Shown here: positions 27,199 through 35,818 of the stretch, one piece after another
Layout: each line of letters begins with the position of its first letter
How positions within the stretch are numbered: the first letter of the stretch is position 1
NCBI GenBank assembly: GCA_965227515.1
Contig: CBDDFZ010000002.1
Location: 672,001 to 736,000 of the forward strand
DNA from: Alphaproteobacteria bacterium
GTDB taxonomy: Bacteria > Pseudomonadota > Alphaproteobacteria > CALKHQ01
Direction of reading: 5' to 3'
Length of the DNA stretch: 64,000 nt
Made by a program: the position numbers and the translations under genes
The notes under the pieces: generated by a model
Told to the model about the DNA's origin: nothing
Databases searched by the model: none
The model's input: the letters and a program-made list of their open reading frames with translations, nothing else

Positions 27199-28035
27199 AT
27201 GCAGCAGACGGAGATGGAACCTGCCGCGCGCAAAGCGGCGCGCATGTGCGCCGCCGTATGCTGTCTCGTGCTCGGCCTGGCGGCGCCGGCCGGCGCGGTC
27301 GACCTGCTGGAGGGCCTGGACCCCGGCGGCGCCGGCGTGGTGGTCGACGTGATCGACGGCGACACGGTGGTGCTGGACGATGGCCGCGAGGTGCGGATGG
27401 TCGGCACCCAGGCGCCGAAGCTGCCGCTGGGCCGCACGAACTTCCCGGAATGGCCGCTGGCGGACGAGGCCCGCGACTACCTGATAGCCATCGCGCTGGG
27501 CGAGACGGTCGAGCTCGGTTATGGCGGCCTGCGGATGGATCGGCACGGGCGGGTGCTGGCGCATATGTTCCGGGCCGACAACGGGCTGTGGCTGCAGGGC
27601 GAAATGCTGGAGCAGGGCCTGGCGCGGGTCTACACCTTCCCAGACAACCGCAGCGTGGTCGACGACCTGCTGGAACGGGAACGCGCGGCGCGTGAGGCCG
27701 GGCGCGGCATCTGGCAGCTCGACTACTACGCCATTCGCACGCCGGACGAGCTGGTCGACGGCACGGACGACTATGTCGGCACGTTCCAGCTCGTGGAGGG
27801 CGTGGTGGTCGACGCAGCCGACGTGCGCGGCCGTATTTTCGTCAATTTCGGTGACGACTACAGAACCGATTTCACTATTGTCATCGAACCGGAATTCAGC
27901 GATGCGTTCGACGATGCCGACTATGACCCGCTGGACCTGCCCGGCACGCGTGTGCGGGTGCGCGGTTGGGTCGACGAGTGGAACGGACCCAGCATTGACG
28001 TGACCCATCCGGAACAGATCGAGGTGCTGGAATGA
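27199..28035 (+). CDS. Secreted thermonuclease (SNase) family protein with C-terminal OB-fold-like domain
   Basis: VIDGDT, VRMVGTQAP, DRHGRVLA, GLARVY, A...GRGIW; start uncertain. Confidence 0.88.
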   Translation: MQQTEMEPAARKAARMCAAVCCLVLGLAAPAGAVDLLEGLDPGGAGVVVDVIDGDTVVLDDGREVRMVGTQAPKLPLGRTNFPEWPLADEARDYLIAIALGETVELGYGGLRMDRHGRVLAHMFRADNGLWLQGEMLEQGLARVYTFPDNRSVVDDLLERERAAREAGRGIWQLDYYAIRTPDELVDGTDDYVGTFQLVEGVVVDAADVRGRIFVNFGDDYRTDFTIVIEPEFSDAFDDADYDPLDLPGTRVRVRGWVDEWNGPSIDVTHPEQIEVLE

Positions 28036-29447
28036 TGCGGCTGGCCTGGTTGTTGGCCCTGGTCTGTGTGGCGCTGGCCGGCTGCAGCGCGCCGTCGCGT
28101 TCCGTTTCGGTCGCCACTACAAGTTCCAGCTCGGGCATCGAGGGCGACCTGCCGGGTGGCGTCAGCAGTGCGGCGGCCGAACGCATCTTCGCCCAACAGC
28201 ATCCGGAGTTGCTGGCGGACTATGGCGGTCTGTACGAGAACCCGACGGTGCTTGCCTACATCAACCGCATTGGCGACAGGGTGCGCGCCCACACGCCGCT
28301 CAGCGGGTCACAGCTGCAGTATTTCGTGCTGAACTCGGGCACGCCCAATGCGTTCGCGGTGGCCGGCGGCCGGCTCTACCTCACGCGCGGGCTGATCGCG
28401 TTGATGAGCTCGGATGCCGAGCTGGCCGCGGTGCTGGGCCACGAGATGGCGCATCTGGTCGAGCGGCACTCGCTGGAGCGCTACGACATCGAGGTGTCGG
28501 CGCAGCAGGAGGGCAGCGAAGCCGCCAACCAGCGCATCCTGGGCTTCAGCCGGCAGCAGGAACTGGAGGCCGACAGCGTGGGCCTGGAGTTCCTGGCCGC
28601 CGCCGGCTATCGCACCGACGCCGCTGCCGAGATCCTGGCGAAGATGCAGGCCATGGACCTGCTGGCCACCGGAGACGGCTTTGCCGGCGGCCTGGCCTTC
28701 CAGGAAACGCACCCCACGTTCGGGGCCCGCACCCTGCAGCTCATGCAGCTCATCGGTACTACCGACAGCGCGGCGCCTGCGGCCGCCGATGGCCGCGACA
28801 ATTATCTTTCCATGATCGACGGCCTGCCGTTCGGCGATACCGGCGCATCCGGGTTCATTTCCGGGCGCCGTTTCATCAACCCGCAGTACAATGTGGCCTT
28901 CACCGCGCCCGACGGGTTTCAGATCGGCCAGTCGGGCGGCAGCGCCTTCGGCCTGGGGCCGAACAACGCAACCGTCATCTTCCGGGCGTTCGAGAACACC
29001 GAGCCCGGCACCGTGTCGGCCTATCTCGACCGCCGTTTCGCCGATTTGGACGATCAGCCCGCCGAGACCCAGGCCATCAACGGCATGCAGACGGCGATGC
29101 TGGCGTTCCGCAAGCCGGACGGCACCGAAAGTTTCCAGATCGCCGCCATGCAGCTGGACCCCGATACGCTGGCGGTCGTGATCATGCTTGGCGGCCCGGA
29201 ATTGCTGGGCGCGGACTCCCCGTTCCTGGAGGCCGTGCGCAGCGTCGAGCCCAATCCGCAGGGCGCGGTGACACCGCCCGAGCCCGGCCGGATCAGGGTG
29301 GTGACGGTCGCGCCGGGCCAGACCGTGGCGAGCCTGGCCGCGCAGATGGGGGTGTCGGGCGATCGCGAGGGGCTGTTCAGGGTGTTGAACGGTCTGACCA
29401 GCGCGGAAGACGTGACGCCGGGCCAGCGGGTCAAGCTGGTCCAGTAA
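28032..29447 (+). CDS. M48-family zinc metalloprotease lipoprotein with C-terminal LysM-like domain
   Basis: Lipobox LAGC; PNAFA, HEMAH, ELEAD, THP; C-terminal V.PGQTVASLA..LNGL..PGQRVKLV. Confidence 0.9.
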   Translation: MMRLAWLLALVCVALAGCSAPSRSVSVATTSSSSGIEGDLPGGVSSAAAERIFAQQHPELLADYGGLYENPTVLAYINRIGDRVRAHTPLSGSQLQYFVLNSGTPNAFAVAGGRLYLTRGLIALMSSDAELAAVLGHEMAHLVERHSLERYDIEVSAQQEGSEAANQRILGFSRQQELEADSVGLEFLAAAGYRTDAAAEILAKMQAMDLLATGDGFAGGLAFQETHPTFGARTLQLMQLIGTTDSAAPAAADGRDNYLSMIDGLPFGDTGASGFISGRRFINPQYNVAFTAPDGFQIGQSGGSAFGLGPNNATVIFRAFENTEPGTVSAYLDRRFADLDDQPAETQAINGMQTAMLAFRKPDGTESFQIAAMQLDPDTLAVVIMLGGPELLGADSPFLEAVRSVEPNPQGAVTPPEPGRIRVVTVAPGQTVASLAAQMGVSGDREGLFRVLNGLTSAEDVTPGQRVKLVQ

Positions 29448-29499
29448 GATAGGGTCGTTCGCGGATAGACCGGGATCGTCATCGCGATCTAACATCACC

Positions 29500-29679
29500 T
29501 TGTCATCCTTGGCCCGAGCCCCCGGCCGGAGGCGGGGCGAGGTGCCGAGGATCCATGGCTCCGCCATCACCGTATGGTGCCTCTACGGACAAGACCTTTG
29601 CGGCCAACATTTGGCGCGCTGGGGCGCCATGGACCCTCGACGCGTCGCGCCCCACTGGCGCGCCGGTCAAGGGTGACAA
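29500..29679. repeat. Palindromic intergenic element (TTGTCATCC...GGGTGACAA type)
   Basis: Terminal inverted repeats ttgtcatccttg / caagggtgacaa with internal hairpins; between convergent genes. Confidence 0.7.
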
Positions 29680-29719
29680 CGAGCCTTTTTTGATCAGATT
29701 CGGCGCAAGCTGACCCGGC

Positions 29720-30592
29720 TCACACCTCGATCACGTCAACCACATTGCCATCGGGCTGAAAGCAGGCCGCGACCAGCGTGCCGCCGCGCCCGCATCCGCC
29801 GTCCAACGTCGTCGTGTGCTCGGTCTGCACCACGCCCTGGTCGGCGGGATCATAGCCGCGCACCACCCGCCGGAAGCCTGCGTAAGGGCCGTTCAGCCGG
29901 TCGAACAGGTCGGCCCGCCACCAGAAACTGTCGGCCTGCGCTTCCAGCGGCTTGTCGGGGTCGATGCCGGCGCTGACGAAGAGCAGGCCGTCCTCCGCCG
30001 TTATCGCCGCCCGCTTCAGGGACGAGAACAGCACGTCGTGGCCTGCCGCGGTGCGCACGTTCTCGCGCAACTGGCCGGTCCAGCGGGTGATGCTTGTCGC
30101 ACTCTCCCGCGCGATCTCGCGCGCGCGGCCCGGGTCGCCGCCATAGGCCGCCAGGGTGTGGGCGACACCGTGCTCCAGCACCCAGTGCACCACGGCCGGC
30201 GGGTCGGGCGCGAACTGCAGCTGCAGCAGCTTCTGCCACATCTCCTCCTGGGCACCGCGCAGGTGGATGACATGCTCGGGCTCGGCGCCGCGCCGGGCGA
30301 GGAACGCGATGCGGAAGCGCAGGATCTGGTCGATGGTCGCTTGCACCGCCGTGCCGCCGATCATGTTGCCGAGATAGACCATGCGGTCGCCGGCGCGCAG
30401 TTTCGGCCACAGTTCCCGGTGCAGCGCAGTCAGCTGGTGCACGTCTGCGAAGACCGCGCCAACCGCCCAGACGCGGCCTTCCGCGCCCAATTGAGCGATC
30501 GAGGCGGGAGGGGATGTGTCGTCCGGTGGCGTGGGGTCCTTGGCGGGCTGCATCGGGGGGACATGCGCTGTCGTGGACGTTGGCGCATTCAC
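29720..30592 (-). CDS. Metallophosphoesterase-fold protein with degenerate metal-binding motifs
   Basis: Motif positions fit the PPP/PrpA fold (VWAVGAVFA, YLGNMIG, LRGAQEEM, FVSAGI, RVVRG, TLDGGCG) but Asp/His ligands are substituted. Confidence 0.75.
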   Translation of the reverse strand: MNAPTSTTAHVPPMQPAKDPTPPDDTSPPASIAQLGAEGRVWAVGAVFADVHQLTALHRELWPKLRAGDRMVYLGNMIGGTAVQATIDQILRFRIAFLARRGAEPEHVIHLRGAQEEMWQKLLQLQFAPDPPAVVHWVLEHGVAHTLAAYGGDPGRAREIARESATSITRWTGQLRENVRTAAGHDVLFSSLKRAAITAEDGLLFVSAGIDPDKPLEAQADSFWWRADLFDRLNGPYAGFRRVVRGYDPADQGVVQTEHTTTLDGGCGRGGTLVAACFQPDGNVVDVIEV

Positions 30593-30659
30593 GCCAACAA
30601 CTCAGAATTGTCATGTTAGCGCATTTTTTCCGATCCGCCTCAGATTCGGCGAACGGCGG

Positions 30660-32480
30660 TTACTCCACCGTGACCGATTTCGCCAGGTTGCGCGGCTGGT
30701 CGACGTCGGTGCCCTTCAGCACCGCGGTGTGGTAGGCGAGGAGTTGCACCGGCACGGTGTAGAGGATCGGGGCGACGATGGGGTCGACGGTCGGCATGGT
30801 CAGCGAGGCCGCCACTTGGCCGGCGAAGGCATCCACGCCCGCCGCGTCGCTGATCAGCACCACACGGCCGCCGCGCGCGATGGTCTCCTGCACGTTGCTG
30901 GCGGTCTTGTCGAACAGGTCGTCGTGGGGCGCGATCACGATCACCGGCACGGTGTCGTCGATCAGCGCGATCGGCCCGTGCTTCATCTCGCCGGCGGCAT
31001 AGCCCTCGGCGTGGATGTAGGAGATTTCCTTCAGTTTCAGCGCGCCTTCCAGCGCGATGGGGTAGGCGGCGCCGCGCCCCAGATAGAGCACGTCGCGGGC
31101 ATCGGTCAGCAGATGCGCGATCTCGGTGCAGGCCTCTTCCTCGGCCAGCACCTCGGCCATTCGGGCCGGCACTTCGGTCAGCCCCATGGCCAGCGCAGCC
31201 GCCGTCTTCTCGTCGATGGCGCCGCGCGCGCGGGCCGTCGCAATGGCCAGGCAGGCGAGCACGGTGAGCTGGGTGGTGAAGGCCTTGGTCGAGGCGACAC
31301 CGATCTCAGGGCCGGCATAGGTGGGCAGCACCACGTCGGAGGCGCGCGCGATGGTGCTTTCCGGCACGTTGACCACCGAGACGATGCGCTGGCCCTGGTC
31401 GCGGCAGTAGCCGAGGGCCGCCAGCGTGTCGGCGGTCTCGCCCGACTGCGACACGAAGATCGCGGCCCCGCCGCGTTCCAGCGGCGCCTCGCGATAGCGG
31501 AACTCCGACGCGATATCGACGTCGACCGGCAGCCGCGCGATGCGCTCGAACCAGTATTTCGCGACCAGGCAGGCGTAGTAGGCGGTGCCGCAGGCGGTCA
31601 GCGTCAGCCGGGAGATTTCAGCCAGGTCGAAGGGCAGGGGCGGCAGTGAGATCTGGCCGGTGCCGGCATTGACGAAGCTGTGCAGGGTGTCGCCGATGAC
31701 CGCCGGCTGCTCGTGGATTTCCTTGGCCATGAAATGGCGGTGGTTGCCCTTGCCGATCAGCGCGCCGCTCAGCGCGGTCTGGCGGATTTCACGCTCGACC
31801 GGCTGGCCCTCGGCATCGAAGATTTCCGCCGCGTCGGTGCCGATGACGGCCCAGTCGCCCTCTTCGAGGTAGGAGATGCGGTCGGTCAGCGGGGCCAGCG
31901 CCAGCGCGTCGGAACCGATGTACATCTCGCCGTCGCCATAGCCGATGGCGAGCGGGCTGCCGCGCCGGGCGCAGATCAGGCTGCCGGAATGGCCGGCGAA
32001 GATCAGGCCGAGTGCGAACGCGCCCTCCACCTCGGCCAGGGTGGCGCGGGTTGCCTCCACCGGCGTCATGCCGTCTTCCTCGATCAGCTTGGTCAGCATC
32101 ACCGCCACAACCTCGGTGTCGGTGTCGGTCTCGAAATTGCGCCCGTGCAGCTTGCGGCGCAGCGCCATGTGGTTCTCGATGATGCCGTTGTGCACCACCG
32201 CCACCTTCTCGGTGCCGTGCGGGTGGGCGTTGTTCTCGGTCGGCGCGCCGTGGGTTGCCCAGCGGGTGTGGCCGATGCCGGTGTTGCCGACCAGCGGCGC
32301 ATTGGCGATCACCGCTTCCAGGTTGGCGAGCTTGCCGGCGGCGCGGCGCCGGTCGATGTGCCCGTTGGTCAGGGTCGCGATGCCGGCGCTGTCATAACCC
32401 CTGTATTCCAGCCGCTTCAGGCCGTCCAGCAGGCGCGGGGCGGCGGGTTTCGAGCCGACGATGCCGATGATGCCGCACAT
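30660..32480 (-). CDS. glmS: Glutamine--fructose-6-phosphate aminotransferase (isomerising)
   Basis: MCGIIG, LEYRGYDSAG, GHTRWATHG, SQSGETADT, PRNLAKSVTVE. Confidence 0.98.
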   Translation of the reverse strand: MCGIIGIVGSKPAAPRLLDGLKRLEYRGYDSAGIATLTNGHIDRRRAAGKLANLEAVIANAPLVGNTGIGHTRWATHGAPTENNAHPHGTEKVAVVHNGIIENHMALRRKLHGRNFETDTDTEVVAVMLTKLIEEDGMTPVEATRATLAEVEGAFALGLIFAGHSGSLICARRGSPLAIGYGDGEMYIGSDALALAPLTDRISYLEEGDWAVIGTDAAEIFDAEGQPVEREIRQTALSGALIGKGNHRHFMAKEIHEQPAVIGDTLHSFVNAGTGQISLPPLPFDLAEISRLTLTACGTAYYACLVAKYWFERIARLPVDVDIASEFRYREAPLERGGAAIFVSQSGETADTLAALGYCRDQGQRIVSVVNVPESTIARASDVVLPTYAGPEIGVASTKAFTTQLTVLACLAIATARARGAIDEKTAAALAMGLTEVPARMAEVLAEEEACTEIAHLLTDARDVLYLGRGAAYPIALEGALKLKEISYIHAEGYAAGEMKHGPIALIDDTVPVIVIAPHDDLFDKTASNVQETIARGGRVVLISDAAGVDAFAGQVAASLTMPTVDPIVAPILYTVPVQLLAYHTAVLKGTDVDQPRNLAKSVTVE

Positions 32481-32484
32481 ATGC

Positions 32485-33852
32485 TCAGTCCTTCTTGGCC
32501 TGTCCGTTCGACGTGTCGCCGCGCTCCCTGGCCTGGAAGCGGGTCGCGTAGTCGGCGATGTCGTGCTGGCGCTCGCGGGCGACCGCCAGCGCATCGGCGG
32601 CCACGTCCTTGGTGATGGTGCTGCCGGCGGCGACGATGGCTCCGGCGCCGATGACGACGGGGGCGACCAGCGCGGTGTTGGAGCCGATGAAGGCGCGCTC
32701 GCCGATGACCGTTTGGTGCTTCAGATAGCCGTCGTAATTGCAGGTGATGGTGCCGGCGCCCAGGTTGGAGCTGGCGCCGACCACCGCGTCGCCGACATAG
32801 GACAGGTGGTTGACCTTGGCGCCGGGGCCGAGGGCGGCGTTCTTCACCTCGACGTAGTTGCCGATCCGCACCTTCTCGGCCAGCTCGGTGCCGGGGCGCA
32901 GGCGCGCGAACGGCCCCACCGTCACGTCGTCGGCCAAGGTAGCGCCCTCGACGTGGCTGAACGCCTTGATGTGCGCGCGCTTGCCGATGACGACCTTGGG
33001 CCCGAACCACACCGACGGCTCGACGATGGTGTCGGCGCCGATCTTGGTGTCGTGGCTGAACCAGGTGGTCGCCGGGTCGATCAGGGTGACGCCGGCTTCG
33101 AGTGCGGCCTGGCGCAGCCGCTGCTGGGCAATGCCCTCGGCCACCGCCAGCGCGGCGCGCGAATCGACGCCCATCACCTCGTCCGGGTCGGCTTCGACCA
33201 CGGCGCAGGCGCGGCCATCGCCGCAGGCAATCGAGACCAGGTCGGTCAGGTAGTACTCGCCCTTGGCGTTGTCGTTGCCGATCTGGCGCAGATAGCGGGT
33301 CAGCACGGTGCCGTCGATGGCCATCACGCCGGCATTGCACATCGCCGGGTTGCCGTCGGCCTCGGTCAGGTCGGCGGCCTCCACGATGCGCGACAGGCTG
33401 CCGTCGTCTCCGATGATCAGGCGGCCGTAGCGGCCGGGGTCGTCCGGCCGGAAGCCCAGCACGACGACGGCCGGGTCGTCCGCCGCGCGCCGCGCGTCCA
33501 GCATGCGGCGCAGGGTGGCCCGCGTGATCAGTGGCGTGTCGCCGAACAGCACCAGCACGTCGCCGTCGAAGCCGAACAGCTCGTCCAGCCCGGCCTTCAC
33601 CGCGTCCGCCGTGCCCTGTGCCTGGATCTGTACGGCGGTCGGGATCGGCGACACCGCGTTCGTCACGTCCTGCATGCCGGGGGCAACCACCACCACCTGG
33701 CGGGACGGCGCCAGCCCGGCGACCGTCGCCGTGACGTGGCGGATCATCGGCAGGCCCGCCACCTTGTGCAGCACCTTGGGCAGGTCCGACTTCATGCGGG
33801 TGCCGCGCCCGGCCGCCAGAATCACGGCGGCGAATTCGGTTTGCGTCTTCAC
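32485..33852 (-). CDS. glmU: Bifunctional UDP-GlcNAc pyrophosphorylase / glucosamine-1-P acetyltransferase
   Basis: LAAGRGTRMKSDLPKVLH, EYYLTD, GPFARLRPG, HLSYVGDA, TCNYDG; GTG start after GGAGA. Confidence 0.97.
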   Translation of the reverse strand: MKTQTEFAAVILAAGRGTRMKSDLPKVLHKVAGLPMIRHVTATVAGLAPSRQVVVVAPGMQDVTNAVSPIPTAVQIQAQGTADAVKAGLDELFGFDGDVLVLFGDTPLITRATLRRMLDARRAADDPAVVVLGFRPDDPGRYGRLIIGDDGSLSRIVEAADLTEADGNPAMCNAGVMAIDGTVLTRYLRQIGNDNAKGEYYLTDLVSIACGDGRACAVVEADPDEVMGVDSRAALAVAEGIAQQRLRQAALEAGVTLIDPATTWFSHDTKIGADTIVEPSVWFGPKVVIGKRAHIKAFSHVEGATLADDVTVGPFARLRPGTELAEKVRIGNYVEVKNAALGPGAKVNHLSYVGDAVVGASSNLGAGTITCNYDGYLKHQTVIGERAFIGSNTALVAPVVIGAGAIVAAGSTITKDVAADALAVARERQHDIADYATRFQARERGDTSNGQAKKD

Positions 33853-34060
33853 GGGCAACACTTCTCCAGCTTCGGTCTTCGTCGCGCGGTACTTCAATCG
33901 GGGTCAGCTTGCGCTGAGGGCCGGCGCCGATTGAAATGATCGCGATGGCGGCGACGCTGCCACAAGGCGCTGTATGACCCAAGTCAACAAATGTTACCAA
34001 ACATTGCCTGCGTCCTGACGCCGTCAGCCCGATCCTTTCGACCTGGAACACCGCCCGCCC

Positions 34061-34729
34061 ATGGCCGCCGCCCTGTTGTTCGACCTCGACGGCACCCTCG
34101 TCGACACGCTGCCCGACATCGCCGCCGCGCTGAACGCCACCTTGGCGGAACAGGGCGCCGATCCGCTGGCGCCGGACAAGGTGCGTGCGCTGGTGGGGCA
34201 TGGCGTGCGCCGGCTGGTGGAGCGCGCGGTGCCGGTGGCGATGTCCGGCGGGCCAAATGGTGGGCTGGACGGCGCGGTCACGGCGTTCGAGCGCCATTAC
34301 GCGGCCAACGGCCACGCCGGCAGCCAGCTGTTTCCCGATGTGGCAGCGACGCTGACCATGCTGCGCGATGCCGGCCATCCGATGGCGGTCTGCACCAACA
34401 AGCCGCTGGCCGCCGCGCGCGGCACCATCGCCAAGGTCGGGCTGGACGGCCTGCTGACGGTGGTCGGTGCCGGCGACAGCTTCCCGGTGCGCAAGCCGGA
34501 CCCGGCGCACATCCACGCCACCCTTGCCCTGCTCGGGCACCCGCCGGGTACTCCTGCGGCAATGATCGGCGATTCCATCGTGGACCTGGAAGCCGCGCAC
34601 GCCGCCGACCTGCCGTGCGTGCTGGTCCGCCACGGCTATTCGGCGGTGCCGGTCGATGAATTGGGCGCCGAAGCGGTGATCGACGGATTCAGCGAGCTGC
34701 CGGGTGTGTTGGAGGGGTTGTTGGCCTGA
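34061..34729 (+). CDS. gph: HAD-family phosphoglycolate phosphatase
   Basis: FDLDGTLVDT, CTNK, KPDP, IGDS; divergent from glmU. Confidence 0.88.
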   Translation: MAAALLFDLDGTLVDTLPDIAAALNATLAEQGADPLAPDKVRALVGHGVRRLVERAVPVAMSGGPNGGLDGAVTAFERHYAANGHAGSQLFPDVAATLTMLRDAGHPMAVCTNKPLAAARGTIAKVGLDGLLTVVGAGDSFPVRKPDPAHIHATLALLGHPPGTPAAMIGDSIVDLEAAHAADLPCVLVRHGYSAVPVDELGAEAVIDGFSELPGVLEGLLA

Positions 34730-34740
34730 TACCAATAACA

Positions 34741-34887
34741 TGATGCCCTCGGCCTTGTGCCGAGGGCCCATTTCGACGCGTCTTAGATGTATTTCGGTAT
34801 GTCGAAGAGCATCCGCTTCAGGTATTGCTGGCAGGCCCCATCATGCGTTTGCGGACATGGGCCCTCGGCACAGGGCCGAGGGCGTCA
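34741..34887. repeat. Palindromic element with 31-bp terminal inverted repeats, each itself a hairpin
   Basis: tgatgccctcggccttgtgccgagggcccat vs atgggccctcggcacagggccgagggcgtca (2 mismatches); between convergent genes. Confidence 0.85.
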
Positions 34888-34899
34888 AACCAACTTGAC

Positions 34900-35799
34900 C
34901 TAAACCGCCTCTATCACACCCTGCATGATCGGGACGCAGGCGCCGCCGATCTCGGTCGCGGTGACGGCACCGCCGCTCTTGGTGGCGCTGGCGACCAGAT
35001 GGCTGGGGCGGCCCATCTCGCGGCCCTGCAGGATGTCCCACGTGAGCGTGCTGTCGGTGGGCGAGGCCAGGCTGGCGAGCAGGCCGGCCAATGCGGCATT
35101 GGCGCTGCCGGTGCCGGGGTCCTCTATCACGCCATGGTTGGGCGCGAACATCCGCGCGCAGACGTCGGTGGGCTTGCCGACATCGGGCACATAGAGGTGC
35201 AACGCGAAGTCCGCGCTCTCGCGCGCGAACGCCGCGATATCGGGCGATGCACCGGACAGGGCCTCCAGCGACGCCAGTTCGGCCATGACAAACGGCAGGC
35301 CGACCGAAGCGTAAACCGGCGCATGCCGCGTGGTGACGACGGCGGACACATCGATGCCGGCGCAGCGCGCCACCACCGCCGGGTCGACCTCGTCGCCGGT
35401 TTCGAACGGCGCGGGCGCGGTCAGCCGGGCACCGCTCGGCGTGCCGTCGGACGCGCGCTGGATCGCGACCGGGACCAGCCCGACCTTTTCCTCGAACACC
35501 ACCCGGTCGCCGACCGGCCGGCCGAAGAACTCGCCGATGCGGGAAAGCGCGTAGGCCGTGCCGATGTTGGGGTGACCGGCGAACGGCACCTCGCGGCCGG
35601 GGGTGAAGATGCGCACGTTCGCGGTGTGGGCTGGATCGTCCGGCGGCAGCACGAACGTGGTCTCGGCGTAGTTGAACTCCGCCGCTATGGCTTGCATCGT
35701 CGTGGTGTCCAGCCCCTCCGCCTCGGTGACCACGGCAAGCTGGTTGCCGCCGAAGGGCGTGTGGGAAAAGACGTCGACGGTGACGTAGGCGCGCGGCAT
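34900..35799 (-). CDS. PhzF-family isomerase/epimerase
   Basis: VDVF..PFGGNQLAVV, ETTFV, EVPFAGHP, EDPGTGSA, QGREMGRPS. Confidence 0.93.
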   Translation of the reverse strand: MPRAYVTVDVFSHTPFGGNQLAVVTEAEGLDTTTMQAIAAEFNYAETTFVLPPDDPAHTANVRIFTPGREVPFAGHPNIGTAYALSRIGEFFGRPVGDRVVFEEKVGLVPVAIQRASDGTPSGARLTAPAPFETGDEVDPAVVARCAGIDVSAVVTTRHAPVYASVGLPFVMAELASLEALSGASPDIAAFARESADFALHLYVPDVGKPTDVCARMFAPNHGVIEDPGTGSANAALAGLLASLASPTDSTLTWDILQGREMGRPSHLVASATKSGGAVTATEIGGACVPIMQGVIEAV

Positions 35800-35818
35800 G
35801 GGCGGGGCGGTGGTGCGG

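Noticed and set aside
24289-28035. DinG plus nuclease as a type IV CRISPR or anti-phage system
   Set aside because: Housekeeping Fe-S DinG; the nuclease is secreted and divergent; no csf/cas genes or array
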